Positions 40,723 through 51,061 of a DNA stretch of 64,000 nt are shown piece after piece. The DNA is from Spirochaetaceae bacterium (GTDB taxonomy: Bacteria; Spirochaetota; Spirochaetia; DSM-2461). Position 1 is the first letter of the stretch. Every line of letters begins with the position of its first letter. The notes under the pieces were generated by a model. It was given only the letters and a program-made list of their open reading frames with translations, was not told the origin of the DNA and did not search any database. The stretch spans positions 1,344,001 through 1,408,000 of the forward strand of contig OZ245056.1 of NCBI GenBank assembly GCA_965224705.1, read 5' to 3'. The position numbers were made by a program, and so were the translations under genes.

Positions 40723-41832
40723 ATGAACAATCAACACCTATTGAAATTAGGAACGAGCTTAAAGGTACTCAATAAAGGCGAAGCAATTACTGGTTGGCTT
40801 ATGGCAGGCCCTGCAATAGTCCTTCTTTTCGTATTTCTCATACTTCCCTTCTTTATGGCCTTTGGGCTTGCCTTTACCAACCAGAGGCTTATATCGCCAA
40901 ATCCAACGGAATGGGTCGGGTTGCGAAATTTTCAACGGCTCCTAACCATTCGTACACTGGTATTAGAACCAGTGACCAATGATGCTGGTCAACTGTTACT
41001 TGATGAAGACGGTAATGCGATCTACCCCGAATTGCGGGACTTCACGCGAAGTGATAATCCGCAGTATGAAAAATATAGGGGCACACGAGAATGGTTTTCA
41101 TATACCCGTGGAGACAATCGCATTGTTATTCTTGCATCGGATGTTGTCTTTTTGAAGGCGGTATTTAATACCTTTCGCTTCGTCCTTGTAATTGTTCCTC
41201 TTCAAGGAGGGGTTGCTCTTCTTCTTGCCCTTCTGGTTAATAGAAAATTGCGAGGAGTCTACGTTTTTCGAACAATCTATTTTATGCCTGCTGTTGTGTC
41301 CATGGTTGTTCTCTCGCTTCTCTGGCGGTTTATTTATGATGGCAACAATGGTCTTCTCAACTCCTTTTTGGCATTTATTACATTTGGAATTGCTCAGCCT
41401 GTTGATTGGCTCGGACAAACCAATACAGCAATGCCTGCCATTATTTTCATGTCGGCTTGGGGTGGATGTGGATTACACATGGTGCTCTGGCTTGCGGGGT
41501 TACAAAATATTCCAACGATTCGCTATGAAGCAGCAGATATTGATGGGGTGAATGTCTGGCAAAAGTTTCGCTATGTTACATGGCCTGGTCTCAAAAACAC
41601 AGCAGTGTTTATATTCATCATCATTACCATACAAGCCTTTGGTCTCTTCATACAAATAAATGCAATGACGCAGGGTGGCCCTCTTGATTCAACGCAGACC
41701 GTTGTTTTTCAGGCAATAGAACGGGGCTATGGTAAGCAGGATATTGCAGGTGGGGCGACAATTTCGGTTATTTTCTTCCTTATGGTGCTGACCGTTTCCC
41801 TCGTCCAACGATATTTAACACGGGATAAATAA
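40723..41832 (+). CDS. Carbohydrate ABC permease with extracytoplasmic insertion
   Basis: FRTIYFMPAV, EAA loop RYEAADIDG. Confidence 0.9.
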   Translation: MNNQHLLKLGTSLKVLNKGEAITGWLMAGPAIVLLFVFLILPFFMAFGLAFTNQRLISPNPTEWVGLRNFQRLLTIRTLVLEPVTNDAGQLLLDEDGNAIYPELRDFTRSDNPQYEKYRGTREWFSYTRGDNRIVILASDVVFLKAVFNTFRFVLVIVPLQGGVALLLALLVNRKLRGVYVFRTIYFMPAVVSMVVLSLLWRFIYDGNNGLLNSFLAFITFGIAQPVDWLGQTNTAMPAIIFMSAWGGCGLHMVLWLAGLQNIPTIRYEAADIDGVNVWQKFRYVTWPGLKNTAVFIFIIITIQAFGLFIQINAMTQGGPLDSTQTVVFQAIERGYGKQDIAGGATISVIFFLMVLTVSLVQRYLTRDK

Positions 41833-41835
41833 GCA

Positions 41836-42753
41836 TTGAGCACATCAATAAAAAATTACAGCAGCACCCAACAATCCGTATTGAAGCCTAAAAAATCGAT
41901 AACTGGAACTACCGTAGCCTCGTATACTATCATGTTCATAGTAGCTGCCATTTTCATTCTTCCGATCCTCTTCATGGTCATGTCATCACTTAAACCCGAA
42001 CTTCAATTGTTTCGCGACACGGAATCGCTCCGTGCATTTCTCCCTGTGGGTGACATCAGTATTGCAAACTATACCGCAGCATTTATCCGTGCACCTATAC
42101 TCTTGTTCCTGTTTAATTCCTTGTTTGTGACCGCATCAACCGTATTCCTCGGGTTAGTTGTAAATTCACTAGCTGGATTTTCGTTTCACTTTCTTCGTTG
42201 GAAGGGGAAGACAATTATTTTATCCATTGTTATTGCCCTGTTTATTATACCCTTTGAAACTATTGCCATTCCCCTTCTGCTCCTGGTAAACGAGCTTCCT
42301 TATATCAGTTTTGATGGGCTAACAACGGGATGGCTTAATACCTATCATGTGCAAATTATCCCATGGGTGGCATTTCCCTTTCAGATATTCCTGTTTTATC
42401 AGTTCTTTCGGGAGATCCCTCGTGACCTCATTGAGGCGGCCCGAATCGATGGGGCGGGATGGTTACAAATTTATCTTCGCGTAGTTATTCCCGTATCTGG
42501 CCCTGTTATTGCTACAGCAGCGGTTCTCCGTTCCCTGGAGATGTGGAATCAATATCTCTGGCCAATTATTACCATACAATCTGAACGTTACCGCCCTGTT
42601 CTTGTTGGCTTGCAATACTTCTTCCAGCTTGATATTGCATGGGCGGAAGTTATGGCCTATCTTACCATCATCACTATCCCTGTCCTTGTATTTTACTTTT
42701 CACTTCAACGCGTTTTTATCGAATCAATTGCATCAACAGGAATTAAAGGATAA
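41836..42753 (+). CDS. Carbohydrate ABC permease
   Basis: IPRDLIEAARIDGA, C-terminal FIESIASTGIKG. Confidence 0.9.
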   Translation: MSTSIKNYSSTQQSVLKPKKSITGTTVASYTIMFIVAAIFILPILFMVMSSLKPELQLFRDTESLRAFLPVGDISIANYTAAFIRAPILLFLFNSLFVTASTVFLGLVVNSLAGFSFHFLRWKGKTIILSIVIALFIIPFETIAIPLLLLVNELPYISFDGLTTGWLNTYHVQIIPWVAFPFQIFLFYQFFREIPRDLIEAARIDGAGWLQIYLRVVIPVSGPVIATAAVLRSLEMWNQYLWPIITIQSERYRPVLVGLQYFFQLDIAWAEVMAYLTIITIPVLVFYFSLQRVFIESIASTGIKG

Positions 42754-42766
42754 TAGGTTCAGCACT

Positions 42767-42803
42767 TAGTTAAACTGCCAGGAGTTTCGTGGCAGTTTAA
42801 CTA
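42767..42803. terminator. 14-bp perfect hairpin after the fructan operon
   Basis: TAGTTAAACTGCCA ... TGGCAGTTTAACTA. Confidence 0.65.
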
Positions 42804-42843
42804 TTGTAGATAAATACTGCTAATTATAACATTGTCATATTGA

Positions 42844-42873
42844 AAAAAGGCCCCTCTGGTGAGGGGCCTTTTT
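42844..42873. terminator. Bidirectional intrinsic terminator
   Basis: AAAAAGGCCCCTC-TGGT-GAGGGGCCTTTTT between convergent genes. Confidence 0.8.
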
Positions 42874-44467
42874 ATTGAAACATTCCATATTCATTTTCTG
42901 CACTTTGAATCATCAGTTCCCAAAGGCCCTGCTTACGGCAAAGCCCCCGCAGTTCCGCCTGAATGTCTGCGGGCGTTTGCTCCAGTGTCCGCAGAAAATC
43001 TACCATGGCAGTCTCTGCCATGGGGGCATCTCCAGACGCGAGAAATCTCTCGACGCCCATTAACAGGAATTTTCCTGATTGCTCAAAGTTGCCTATGGCT
43101 CTATTCAAAAGCCCTAATTGAGAAAGGGTGAGCGCCGCGCCGTACTCGTCGCTCAGTTTTTCGAATATATCCAGGGATTTTTTGTACCAGATCTCCGCCG
43201 CGTCGAAATTCCGTTTTTTCTGGGCGATAATGCCCAACTGGTGGTAGGTGAGCGCCGCACCGTGCTCGTCGCCCTGTTTTTCGAATATATTCAGAGCTTT
43301 TCGGTACCAGTTCTCCGCTGCGTCGAAATCCCGCCTTTCCTGCGCGATTATGCCCAACTGGTGGTAGGTAAGTGCCGCGCCGTGGTCGTCGCCCTGTTTT
43401 TCGAATACATCCAGAGCTTTTTGGTACCAGCTCTCCGCCGCATCGAAATCCCGCCTTGCCTGGGCAATTATGCCCAGATTGTGGTAGGTGCCTGCCGCAT
43501 CGTGGTCGTCACCCAGTTCTTCGAATATATTCATGGCTTTTCGGTACCAGCTTTCCGCCGCGTCGAAATTCCGTTTTTTCTGGGCGATTATGCCCATCCA
43601 TTCCATTGCCCTGGCGTGCATGACAGTGTTCTCGTCAGATCTGGTCAGCATGGTTTCGGCCGTTTCTTTGGCTGCATCCAGCCGCCAAAGTCTCAGATCC
43701 AGTTGATAGGTAGCTTGCCACCATCTGGGTAGATCGCTGTCCTGAATGGGGAGATTGGGTTTGTCGGTCACTCTGGCTCTCAGGGACTGGGCACGCCTGA
43801 GATTGCCTGTGGACAGAGCTGCCTCCAGCATTGGCAAATAATAGCGGCGCACAAGGATCTGGGGATTTGCCCGGCCTGCGGCAAGATCGCTTTCCAGTTG
43901 CTTTTCCAGGGAGTCCAGCCTATCGCGCGCCACTTTCGGAGACATGGCTCCGGCAAAGGCAGCGGGTATTTCCGCCTGGGACATAGTCTCCGTTCTGGCC
44001 CCTGGCTCCGGTAGATGGAACTTCAAAGGTACCCAGCTTGCGAGATGATCGGCCACCCTAAGAAGCAATTGAAAATTGCCCTGCGCCCCGGTGTAAAGAA
44101 AAAAGATAACATGACAATGGAGGCTTCCCCAATTCTCACGCAGCAGGTTCATCACGCTCCAGAAGGCTGCCCGTCCCTCCAGGGCTTGTTCAGAGGGATT
44201 TTCCTCCGGCATGTCGAGTATGAACAGCACCCCTTGTTCGGCGGGCCAGTCAGCGCATGATTCTTTGGCATTCAAAAACAGACGCTGCGCATCCTCTTTG
44301 GATCGGCTGCGCATCTCCAGCAGGGCATGGGGACGGCTTCCCAGTTCGGTAATTATCGAATCGATGAGTTGGTGCGCGCCGTAGTCGGTGTCTATCTCTA
44401 CTGCGCTAAGTGCGGAAACCGTCTGGCGTGCGGCGTTGCGCAGGGCGCCCCTGTACTCGGCAGACAC
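42872..44467 (-). CDS. TPR protein with probable inactive P-loop/STAND-like N-terminal domain
   Basis: N-terminal MNLLRENW..HVIFFL..ADHLASWVPLKF; four 40-aa TPR units. Confidence 0.75.
   Translation of the reverse strand: MSAEYRGALRNAARQTVSALSAVEIDTDYGAHQLIDSIITELGSRPHALLEMRSRSKEDAQRLFLNAKESCADWPAEQGVLFILDMPEENPSEQALEGRAAFWSVMNLLRENWGSLHCHVIFFLYTGAQGNFQLLLRVADHLASWVPLKFHLPEPGARTETMSQAEIPAAFAGAMSPKVARDRLDSLEKQLESDLAAGRANPQILVRRYYLPMLEAALSTGNLRRAQSLRARVTDKPNLPIQDSDLPRWWQATYQLDLRLWRLDAAKETAETMLTRSDENTVMHARAMEWMGIIAQKKRNFDAAESWYRKAMNIFEELGDDHDAAGTYHNLGIIAQARRDFDAAESWYQKALDVFEKQGDDHGAALTYHQLGIIAQERRDFDAAENWYRKALNIFEKQGDEHGAALTYHQLGIIAQKKRNFDAAEIWYKKSLDIFEKLSDEYGAALTLSQLGLLNRAIGNFEQSGKFLLMGVERFLASGDAPMAETAMVDFLRTLEQTPADIQAELRGLCRKQGLWELMIQSAENEYGMFQ
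43128..43596 (-). repeat. Four tandem 120-bp coding repeats (40-aa TPR units)
   Basis: Units begin at 43128, 43248, 43368 and 43488 with high nucleotide similarity. Confidence 0.9.
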
Positions 44468-44469
44468 AC

Positions 44470-45313
44470 CTAGGAAGTCCCAGGCAGATAGCCCAGCCGT
44501 TTGAGGTATTTCTTAACCAGAGGGTGGACACCGAACCAGCCTATCCCGTTATACTCCACCAGGGCGCAGGATTTGAGCAAAAGCTGGGCAGTCGGGTCGG
44601 GTTCCGGCGGAGGCTTTTCCCCAGCATCCTGCATTCTAGCGTATTTGGACAATCGTTCGAGAAGCTCGCCGCGTGATTGCGGACCATTCTTCAGGGGGTT
44701 GAGTGGAAGATTTATCTGCGACTGCAAGCTGTGAGCCAACTGATCAAAGCCGTATTGGATGTCCCCTTCGGAGAGCGGGATGGAGGCGTCCACCGCGCTT
44801 GCCGCATAGTGAAGAACCTCGAACACATGGCGCAGAACCCCTGCCGTATTGCGCACGAGCAAGTTCAATGCCTCTTCGGACACCATGTCCTTATCCTGCC
44901 TGGCATGGACAATGTCGTATCTCTTCGGTGCCGAAGTAATCCTCGATTGGCCCGAGAAGTCCTTCGTCCACCGTCAGACCCTCATCCCGCTCCGCCATAA
45001 CCAGCAACAGGTCCTCAGCGCGAATACTCACTGGCGACATTTCCTTGTGAACGGAAAACTTGACGGGGAAAAAATCGCCCTGGTGCTCGGAAAGAAACTT
45101 ATTGAGTTCGGTGGATTTTCCACAACCCATGTGCCCGCAGAAGAGCAGCCGAACGTCCTCGCCCTCGTTCAGGGTGTTCCATAATCGCTGCCGTGTATTC
45201 TGCCGGGCATCGCGGGACTTATCAGTTTCACAAAAAAAACTTTTCAGAGAATCCCCCTCCAGGGGTTGGGGGCGGCATCTCCGCCTAATCTCTTCCAGCT
45301 TTTCTTGACTCAT
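44470..45313 (-). pseudogene. P-loop ATPase with internal deletion and frameshift
   Basis: Walker A GHMGCGKSTEL; after YFGTEE (~44920) the sequence jumps frame to C-terminal EEALNLLVRNTAGVLR..LVEYNGIGWFGVHPLV; no Walker B. Confidence 0.7.
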
Positions 45314-45510
45314 GATGAAACGATTATACAGCCCTGGAGCCGTTGCTGCAATGAAAAAATGCAACTCCACAGGATTCGTTTCGCGAACACCACGCGCAGC
45401 GGCGCACTGATCGTAATAAAAGTGGTGATGACAAGGACATAAATCTCCCGGACAATCTTGAACCGCAGGGTGAAAAGTGGAAAAAAGATTTAGAATTTTC
45501 CGAAAAGCCC

Positions 45511-45561
45511 TTGACAGGAAATTGCACTATAGCTATATTGTATTAAAGAATTGGTACAATA
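45511..45561 (+). promoter_or_regulatory. Sigma70 promoter overlapped by a YtrA-type operator
   Basis: TTGACA (45511)-17 nt-TATATT (45534); TATTGTA-N12-TACAATA at 45536-45561. Confidence 0.7.
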
Positions 45562-45565
45562 GGAG

Positions 45566-45988
45566 ATGAGACAGGCAATGGCGGCGGATCGGTTTTCAAA
45601 CGACCTGGAATTTGCACTCGACCAATCGAGCGGGGTGCCGTACTACAGGCAAATCATCAAGCAGGTGGAGATGGCAATCGTCGATGGGCGGCTGCGGCAG
45701 GGAGGACAGCTTCCGACGGTGCGAAGTCTGGCGGTGGTTTTGCAGATCAACCCCAACACGGTAGCCCGGGCCTACAACGAGCTTGAGATTCGAGGCATTG
45801 TCAACACCCAGCAGGGGACCGGCACCTTCATCAGTGATAAAACCATTGAACTCACCGAGGAGGAGCGGTCCAGAATACTGGACTCTCTCATACGGACCTT
45901 CCTGTCCAACGCGTCATCCTATGGTTTCGGCCTCAAGGAAATCGTCGAACAATTCAATGCACTGAAGAAGGAGGAAAGGGATAAATGA
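45566..45988 (+). CDS. GntR family regulator, YtrA subfamily
   Basis: PYYRQII, LPTVRSLA, INPNTVARAY, GTGTFI; short (~140 aa). Confidence 0.88.
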   Translation: MRQAMAADRFSNDLEFALDQSSGVPYYRQIIKQVEMAIVDGRLRQGGQLPTVRSLAVVLQINPNTVARAYNELEIRGIVNTQQGTGTFISDKTIELTEEERSRILDSLIRTFLSNASSYGFGLKEIVEQFNALKKEERDK

Positions 45989-47127
45989 GGGTATTCAAAA
46001 AATTGAAAGAAGGCCCCCCGGTTTCTGCCGTTCACAGCCGAAGGCATTTTCACTACAACGCGATATCCGCTCTGATGATCTTCGCGTCTCTGGTTCTGGG
46101 ACTTGGCCTGGAGTATGCCCTGTCGGCGAACATCAGTCAGGCGGAGGTTGGCTACATTGTCGCCGGGGTTATTTCGGCCATCGGGCTGCTGTTCTTCCTG
46201 CCCTGGTGGCCGGTTGTGCTCACCATCGCGGCCGGGCTCTGGGCCGCTTCCATGGCATTGGGAACCGGCCTGATTGTATTCCCGGCCGTTGTGTCTCTGG
46301 GCTTTCTTATCACGCCGGGGTTCGTGGTGGTGTCCCAGTGGGACAAGATTGTCGTTTTAAGACTTGGCCGCTTCCACAGGGTGAGGGGGCCGGGTCTCAT
46401 TTTCCTCGTTCCATTCATCGATACCGCTGCCGGAACCATTGACACCCGGATTCGTGTCACAGACTTTTCCGCCGAGAAAAGCCTTACCTTAGATACGGTT
46501 CCGGTTCACATCGACGCGCTGGCGTTCTGGATGATATGGGATGCCGGAAAGGCGGTTCTTGAGGTTCAGCACTTCGATGACGCGGTGGTGCTCAGCGCTC
46601 AAACAGCCCTGCGCTCGACGATAGGCTCAAACAGTCTTACGGCGCTTCTCAGCGAGAGAGAGCGTCTGGGCCGGGAAATACAGAGTATCGTTGATGCGAA
46701 AACCAACCCCTGGGGAATTACCATTATTTCTGTCGAGTTCAAGGAAATTCTGGTGCCCAGGGAACTTGAGGACGTACTGAGCCGGGAGGCGCAGGCCGAA
46801 CGAGAGCGGAAGGCACGGACCATTCTCAGTAACACCGAGTCTGAAATATCCTCGCTGTACGAAAAGGCCGCCGAAGCCTACAAGAACAATCCGACCGCCC
46901 TGAAACTCAGGGCCATGAACATGATCTACGAGAGTATGAGGAACAAGGGCGGCCTGATTCTCACCCCGGCGTCCGCTCTTGAAACGATGAACCTGGGCTC
47001 TGTACTCGGCGCGGCAGCTTACGGCGCGCAAACTGGCCTTACCCCGGAAATCTTGCCAGCGAACGGCATCGAAAAAAATGACGATTCGCCGGATGCAATA
47101 ACGAAAGAAGAAGGAGAGAAAAAATGA
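45985..47127 (+). CDS. SPFH/stomatin (slipin) family protein with extra N-terminal TM helices
   Basis: VVLRLGRF, AQTALRSTIG, PWGI, AQAERERKAR, ALKLRAMN. Confidence 0.85.
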   Translation: MRVFKKLKEGPPVSAVHSRRHFHYNAISALMIFASLVLGLGLEYALSANISQAEVGYIVAGVISAIGLLFFLPWWPVVLTIAAGLWAASMALGTGLIVFPAVVSLGFLITPGFVVVSQWDKIVVLRLGRFHRVRGPGLIFLVPFIDTAAGTIDTRIRVTDFSAEKSLTLDTVPVHIDALAFWMIWDAGKAVLEVQHFDDAVVLSAQTALRSTIGSNSLTALLSERERLGREIQSIVDAKTNPWGITIISVEFKEILVPRELEDVLSREAQAERERKARTILSNTESEISSLYEKAAEAYKNNPTALKLRAMNMIYESMRNKGGLILTPASALETMNLGSVLGAAAYGAQTGLTPEILPANGIEKNDDSPDAITKEEGEKK

Positions 47128-47801
47128 TTTCAGTCAAAGACCTTTACAAGACTTATGAGACAGGAGACATAAAGGTACGGGCACTTCAGGGTGCTTCGCT
47201 GGAGATCGACAAGGGAGAATTCATCGCATTGGCCGGACCTTCCGGCTCGGGAAAGACGACGATGCTCAACATCATCGGCTGTATCGATTCGGCTGATTCC
47301 GGCGAAGTCACCATTGCCGGACAATCGGTGATGAAACTCAAGAAGAACGAGCAGGCGGCGTTTCGCCGGGACAATCTTGGATTTGTTTTTCAGAGTTACA
47401 ACCTTATTCCGGTACTCACCGCGTTCGAAAACGTCGCTTTCAGCCTGAACCTGATGAATATCGATGACAAAGAGGTGCAGGAGAGAACCATGGCGATTCT
47501 CAAAGAAGTCGGTCTGGAGGGCATGGAAAATCGCCGGCCCGGAAAACTTTCCGGGGGGCAGCAGCAGAGGGTGGCGATAGCCCGGGCCATTGTTAAGGAT
47601 CCGGAAATCCTTCTGGCGGACGAGCCCACGGCGAATCTCGATTCAAACACCGGACAGGAGATTCTGGAACTGATGAAGACACTCAACGAGAGGCATAAAA
47701 GCACGTTTATCTTCTCAACCCACGATCCCATGGTGATGGATTTTTCCAGTCGGCTTGTGCGGCTTCATGACGGTGTTATTCAGCACGATGAACGGAGGTG
47801 A
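47124..47801 (+). CDS. ABC ATP-binding protein (LolD/MacB type)
   Basis: GPSGSGKTT, FVFQSYNLIP, LSGGQQQRVAIARA, ADEPTANLD. Confidence 0.9.
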   Translation: MISVKDLYKTYETGDIKVRALQGASLEIDKGEFIALAGPSGSGKTTMLNIIGCIDSADSGEVTIAGQSVMKLKKNEQAAFRRDNLGFVFQSYNLIPVLTAFENVAFSLNLMNIDDKEVQERTMAILKEVGLEGMENRRPGKLSGGQQQRVAIARAIVKDPEILLADEPTANLDSNTGQEILELMKTLNERHKSTFIFSTHDPMVMDFSSRLVRLHDGVIQHDERR

Positions 47802-47804
47802 AAG

Positions 47805-49049
47805 ATGTTATTCATTCCTAAAATGGCTTTTCTGAATCTGGCCCGTTACAAGAAACGAACCATGATTACCGCCGGGGCCATCGCCTACGGGCTGTTGATG
47901 CTTATCATCATGCGGTCTCTTCTTACCGGAATAGACTCCGAGTCAATCACGAATCTGCGGCTCTATGAAACCGCAGCCGGCCGCATCATGGTTCCGGGAT
48001 ATTGGGAGGACAGGGAAACCTTTCCCCTGGAGAAATCCTTCGATCCCGCCGTGGTAGAACCCCTCCTTGCGGCTTCCGGTGCCGGTTACTCCCCGAGGGT
48101 GAGCTTCGGCGGCGATTTAATCTTCTATAAAGACCCCTTCCCGGAGGACGGAAGCATTCCGGGGCTGTTCACCGCAATCGACCCCGTACAGGACGCCGAC
48201 GTGTTCAAAATACAGGACAGCCTTGTCGAGGGAGAATGGCTGGTGGACGGGGAGCAGGGCCTGGTTCTTGGACATTGGCTCGCCGAAGATATCGGCGGCG
48301 GCATCGGCAGCACGGTGCTCGTCGAAACTCAAACAAGGGACGGTTATGCGCAGGTGTTTGATCTGGAAATTGTGGGCATCATCAACTGCCCCAATCCCGA
48401 GATTACGCGCTCTGGTATGTTTCTTCCCCTATCAATCGCCGACGAGTTCCTTGAAATGGACGGAATGGTCACAGAAATGAATGTGAGTTACGGTGAAGAT
48501 TCCTCCGCCGATACACGTTTTAGTTCCTTAACCCCGGATGTCGAGGCCCTCGGCCTGGAGGCTGTCGATTGGCGGGTTTTGGGGGAGGATTTTATTGCCA
48601 TCTCCCAGACGAAAGCCGGCAGTTCATTCGTTCTCATTTTGCTTATTCTCATCATTGCCGGTGTTGGGATATCCAATACCATGCTGATGGCCGTGTATGA
48701 GCGTGTGAGGGAGTTAGGAATGATGAGAGCTCTCGGTATGAAAAATAATCAGATTCGCAGCCTGTTTCTCTGGGAGTCGGCGGGGATAGGCCTTCTCGGC
48801 GGCATATACGGAGTTGGACTTGGCGCCCTGATCAACTGGCCGCTGGTGAAGTTCGGGATAGACTACTCCTTTCTTCTCCGGGAGTCCAATTTCGGCTACA
48901 GGATTCAGGGACAGATGTACGGGGCATGGGAGATTCCAACGATGATAGCCGCGTTCTTCATGGGGGTGGGAATGGCCGTTTTGGTGGCCGCATTCTCCAC
49001 GCATAGAATCCTGCGCCTGGACATCCCGGCCAGCCTGCGGTTTCAATAG
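47805..49049 (+). CDS. FtsX-like/LolE-type ABC permease
   Basis: NTMLMAVYERVRELGMMRALGM. Confidence 0.88.
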   Translation: MLFIPKMAFLNLARYKKRTMITAGAIAYGLLMLIIMRSLLTGIDSESITNLRLYETAAGRIMVPGYWEDRETFPLEKSFDPAVVEPLLAASGAGYSPRVSFGGDLIFYKDPFPEDGSIPGLFTAIDPVQDADVFKIQDSLVEGEWLVDGEQGLVLGHWLAEDIGGGIGSTVLVETQTRDGYAQVFDLEIVGIINCPNPEITRSGMFLPLSIADEFLEMDGMVTEMNVSYGEDSSADTRFSSLTPDVEALGLEAVDWRVLGEDFIAISQTKAGSSFVLILLILIIAGVGISNTMLMAVYERVRELGMMRALGMKNNQIRSLFLWESAGIGLLGGIYGVGLGALINWPLVKFGIDYSFLLRESNFGYRIQGQMYGAWEIPTMIAAFFMGVGMAVLVAAFSTHRILRLDIPASLRFQ

Positions 49050-49059
49050 GAGATGAGAG

Positions 49060-50310
49060 ATGAAACTTTATAAAATCGCGCTGCGGAACATCCGCAGAAA
49101 CAAACGGCGGAGCCTGCTGTCCGCGACGGCTATCACCATCGCGGCATTCGCCATCGTGTTCCTTTTCGGATTCCTTGCCGGAATGCTGAATGACATGGAG
49201 TCCAACCTTTGGACCTACATGACCGGCGCCGTCCGGGTGAGGCATTCGGATTTCGACAAGTACGAACGCCTGAACCCCCTGCACCTGGCCATCCCCAACT
49301 ACGAAGATTTACTGGAGGAAATTCAGGCCGACCCGGCAGTAACCGCAGTCAGTCCCAGGATCAATTTCCCCGGGAGGCTTCCTGTGGGCGGAATCGGCAG
49401 TGACGAAAAGGTTAATGTCATGGGCCTGGGGGTGGATTTCGCCACTGAAGCGTCCTATCAGGATTACGAGCAAACCCTCGCCCTGGGGCGCCTGCCCCGG
49501 ATGGGAACGCGCGAGGCATTGGTGGGACGCGTGCTGGCCGATAAGATTGACGCGGGGCTTGGGGACAAGTTTACGGTGCTCTCTCAATCGGGCTCTCGGG
49601 GTAGCAACGCCTACACATTTACCATTGTGGGCATACTCGCGCTGCCCCTTTCCGGCCTGGAAGCCGTCATGGTCCAGGCGCCCCTGGACACGGTACAGCG
49701 CTTCCTCTGGCTGCCGGATCAGGTACAGGAGATTCTGATCAAGATCGACCCAAAGATTGATTCACCGAAAAAACTCGCCGCAAGGCTGGGCGATACACTG
49801 GAATCGACGGTTCCGCTGAATGTCTGGGATTACAAAGAGGTGAACGGAATGGCGTCGATGATGGATCTGGCGTCCAGGATGTACGATATCATCGCGGTTA
49901 TCTTCTTCCTGCTGGCCAGTACGGTCATCATCAACACCACCATCATGGTGATTTTCGAGAGAATGAAGGAAATCGGGACTCTTGGCGCCATGGGTATGAC
50001 CGGGAAGCAATTGATGCGGCTCTTCTTCTTCGAGGCCCTGTTTATCAGCATGGCCGGGGCCATTGTCGGCATCCTTGGGGGTATCGCCCTTACCGGTTAC
50101 CTCGGGAAGGTGGGCTTCTCCGCAATGGCGGACGCGATGAGAGGAATGGACACTGTGATGGGGCTGGGTTCGACCATCTACCCTGTTCTGAATTTCAAGT
50201 CAACCATAGGGGTGTTCCTGTACTCTCTGGCCGTTACCGGAGTGGCTACGTGGTGGCCGTCCAGGCGGGCGGCAAAGATAACGCCGGTTGAGGCGTTAAG
50301 GCATGTTTAA
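49060..50310 (+). CDS. FtsX-like/LolE-type ABC permease
   Basis: NIRRNKRRSLL, NTTIMVIFERMKEIGTLGAMGM, PSRRAAKITPVEALR. Confidence 0.88.
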   Translation: MKLYKIALRNIRRNKRRSLLSATAITIAAFAIVFLFGFLAGMLNDMESNLWTYMTGAVRVRHSDFDKYERLNPLHLAIPNYEDLLEEIQADPAVTAVSPRINFPGRLPVGGIGSDEKVNVMGLGVDFATEASYQDYEQTLALGRLPRMGTREALVGRVLADKIDAGLGDKFTVLSQSGSRGSNAYTFTIVGILALPLSGLEAVMVQAPLDTVQRFLWLPDQVQEILIKIDPKIDSPKKLAARLGDTLESTVPLNVWDYKEVNGMASMMDLASRMYDIIAVIFFLLASTVIINTTIMVIFERMKEIGTLGAMGMTGKQLMRLFFFEALFISMAGAIVGILGGIALTGYLGKVGFSAMADAMRGMDTVMGLGSTIYPVLNFKSTIGVFLYSLAVTGVATWWPSRRAAKITPVEALRHV

Positions 50311-50328
50311 GGAAATAGGAGGAAAAAC

Positions 50329-51060
50329 ATGTTAAGGACTATTATGACCGGCCTGATCGGCATGGCTGCAGCATCGGCGCTTTTCGCGCAAAGCGCCGAA
50401 GACATCATTCGGAAGATGGATGAGATGCAAACCTTTGAGACCCTTTACAGCGAAGGAACGATGATCAGTGTTGACCGGTTCGGCGAAAAAAGAAGTACCT
50501 ACAACGCGTGGTCGCGGGGGAGCAAGGACTTCCTCATCGAATTTACCAACGTGGAAGAACGGGGCCAGAAGCTGCTCCGGGTGGAAGACGAACTCTACCT
50601 TTTCTATCCGGATGCCGAAGACATCATTCCCATGCATGGGGCGGCATTGAAACAATCCTTGTTCGGGGATGTTTCCTATGAAGACATTACCGAGGGAAAG
50701 AACACCCTGGATAAGTACAATGTCTCAATGAAGGGGAGCCAGAATGTCGATGGTGTAGACTGCTGGGTTATAGAGATGATCGCAACCAGCCGGGATGTTC
50801 CCTATCCCAAACAGATTATAAAGGTGGGAAAGGCCGATAACGTTCTCCGCGCCGCGGAGTACTATGCCAGGTCCGGTCGGCTGCTCAAGATTGCCGATGT
50901 CAAGTCTTTTCGGAAATTCGACGATGGGCGCGTCTTGATTACCGAAATGGAGTTGGAGGATCAGCTTCGCCGGGGCTCCAGCACAAGAATGCGCATTGAT
51001 ACGCTGGAAATCAATCCCGCGCTTGACGGCGATGTGTTTTCCCTGAGGTCTCTTTACTAA
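50329..51060 (+). CDS. LolA-like outer membrane lipoprotein-sorting protein
   Basis: Signal peptide; ERGQKLLR..LYLFYP, FGDVSYEDI, YYARSGRLLK. Confidence 0.8.
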   Translation: MLRTIMTGLIGMAAASALFAQSAEDIIRKMDEMQTFETLYSEGTMISVDRFGEKRSTYNAWSRGSKDFLIEFTNVEERGQKLLRVEDELYLFYPDAEDIIPMHGAALKQSLFGDVSYEDITEGKNTLDKYNVSMKGSQNVDGVDCWVIEMIATSRDVPYPKQIIKVGKADNVLRAAEYYARSGRLLKIADVKSFRKFDDGRVLITEMELEDQLRRGSSTRMRIDTLEINPALDGDVFSLRSLY

Positions 51061-51061
51061 T

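Noticed and set aside
43128..43596. 120-bp repeats as CRISPR or DGR template/variable repeats
   Set aside because: Contiguous coding repeats without spacers; differences are not adenine-specific and no reverse transcriptase is present.
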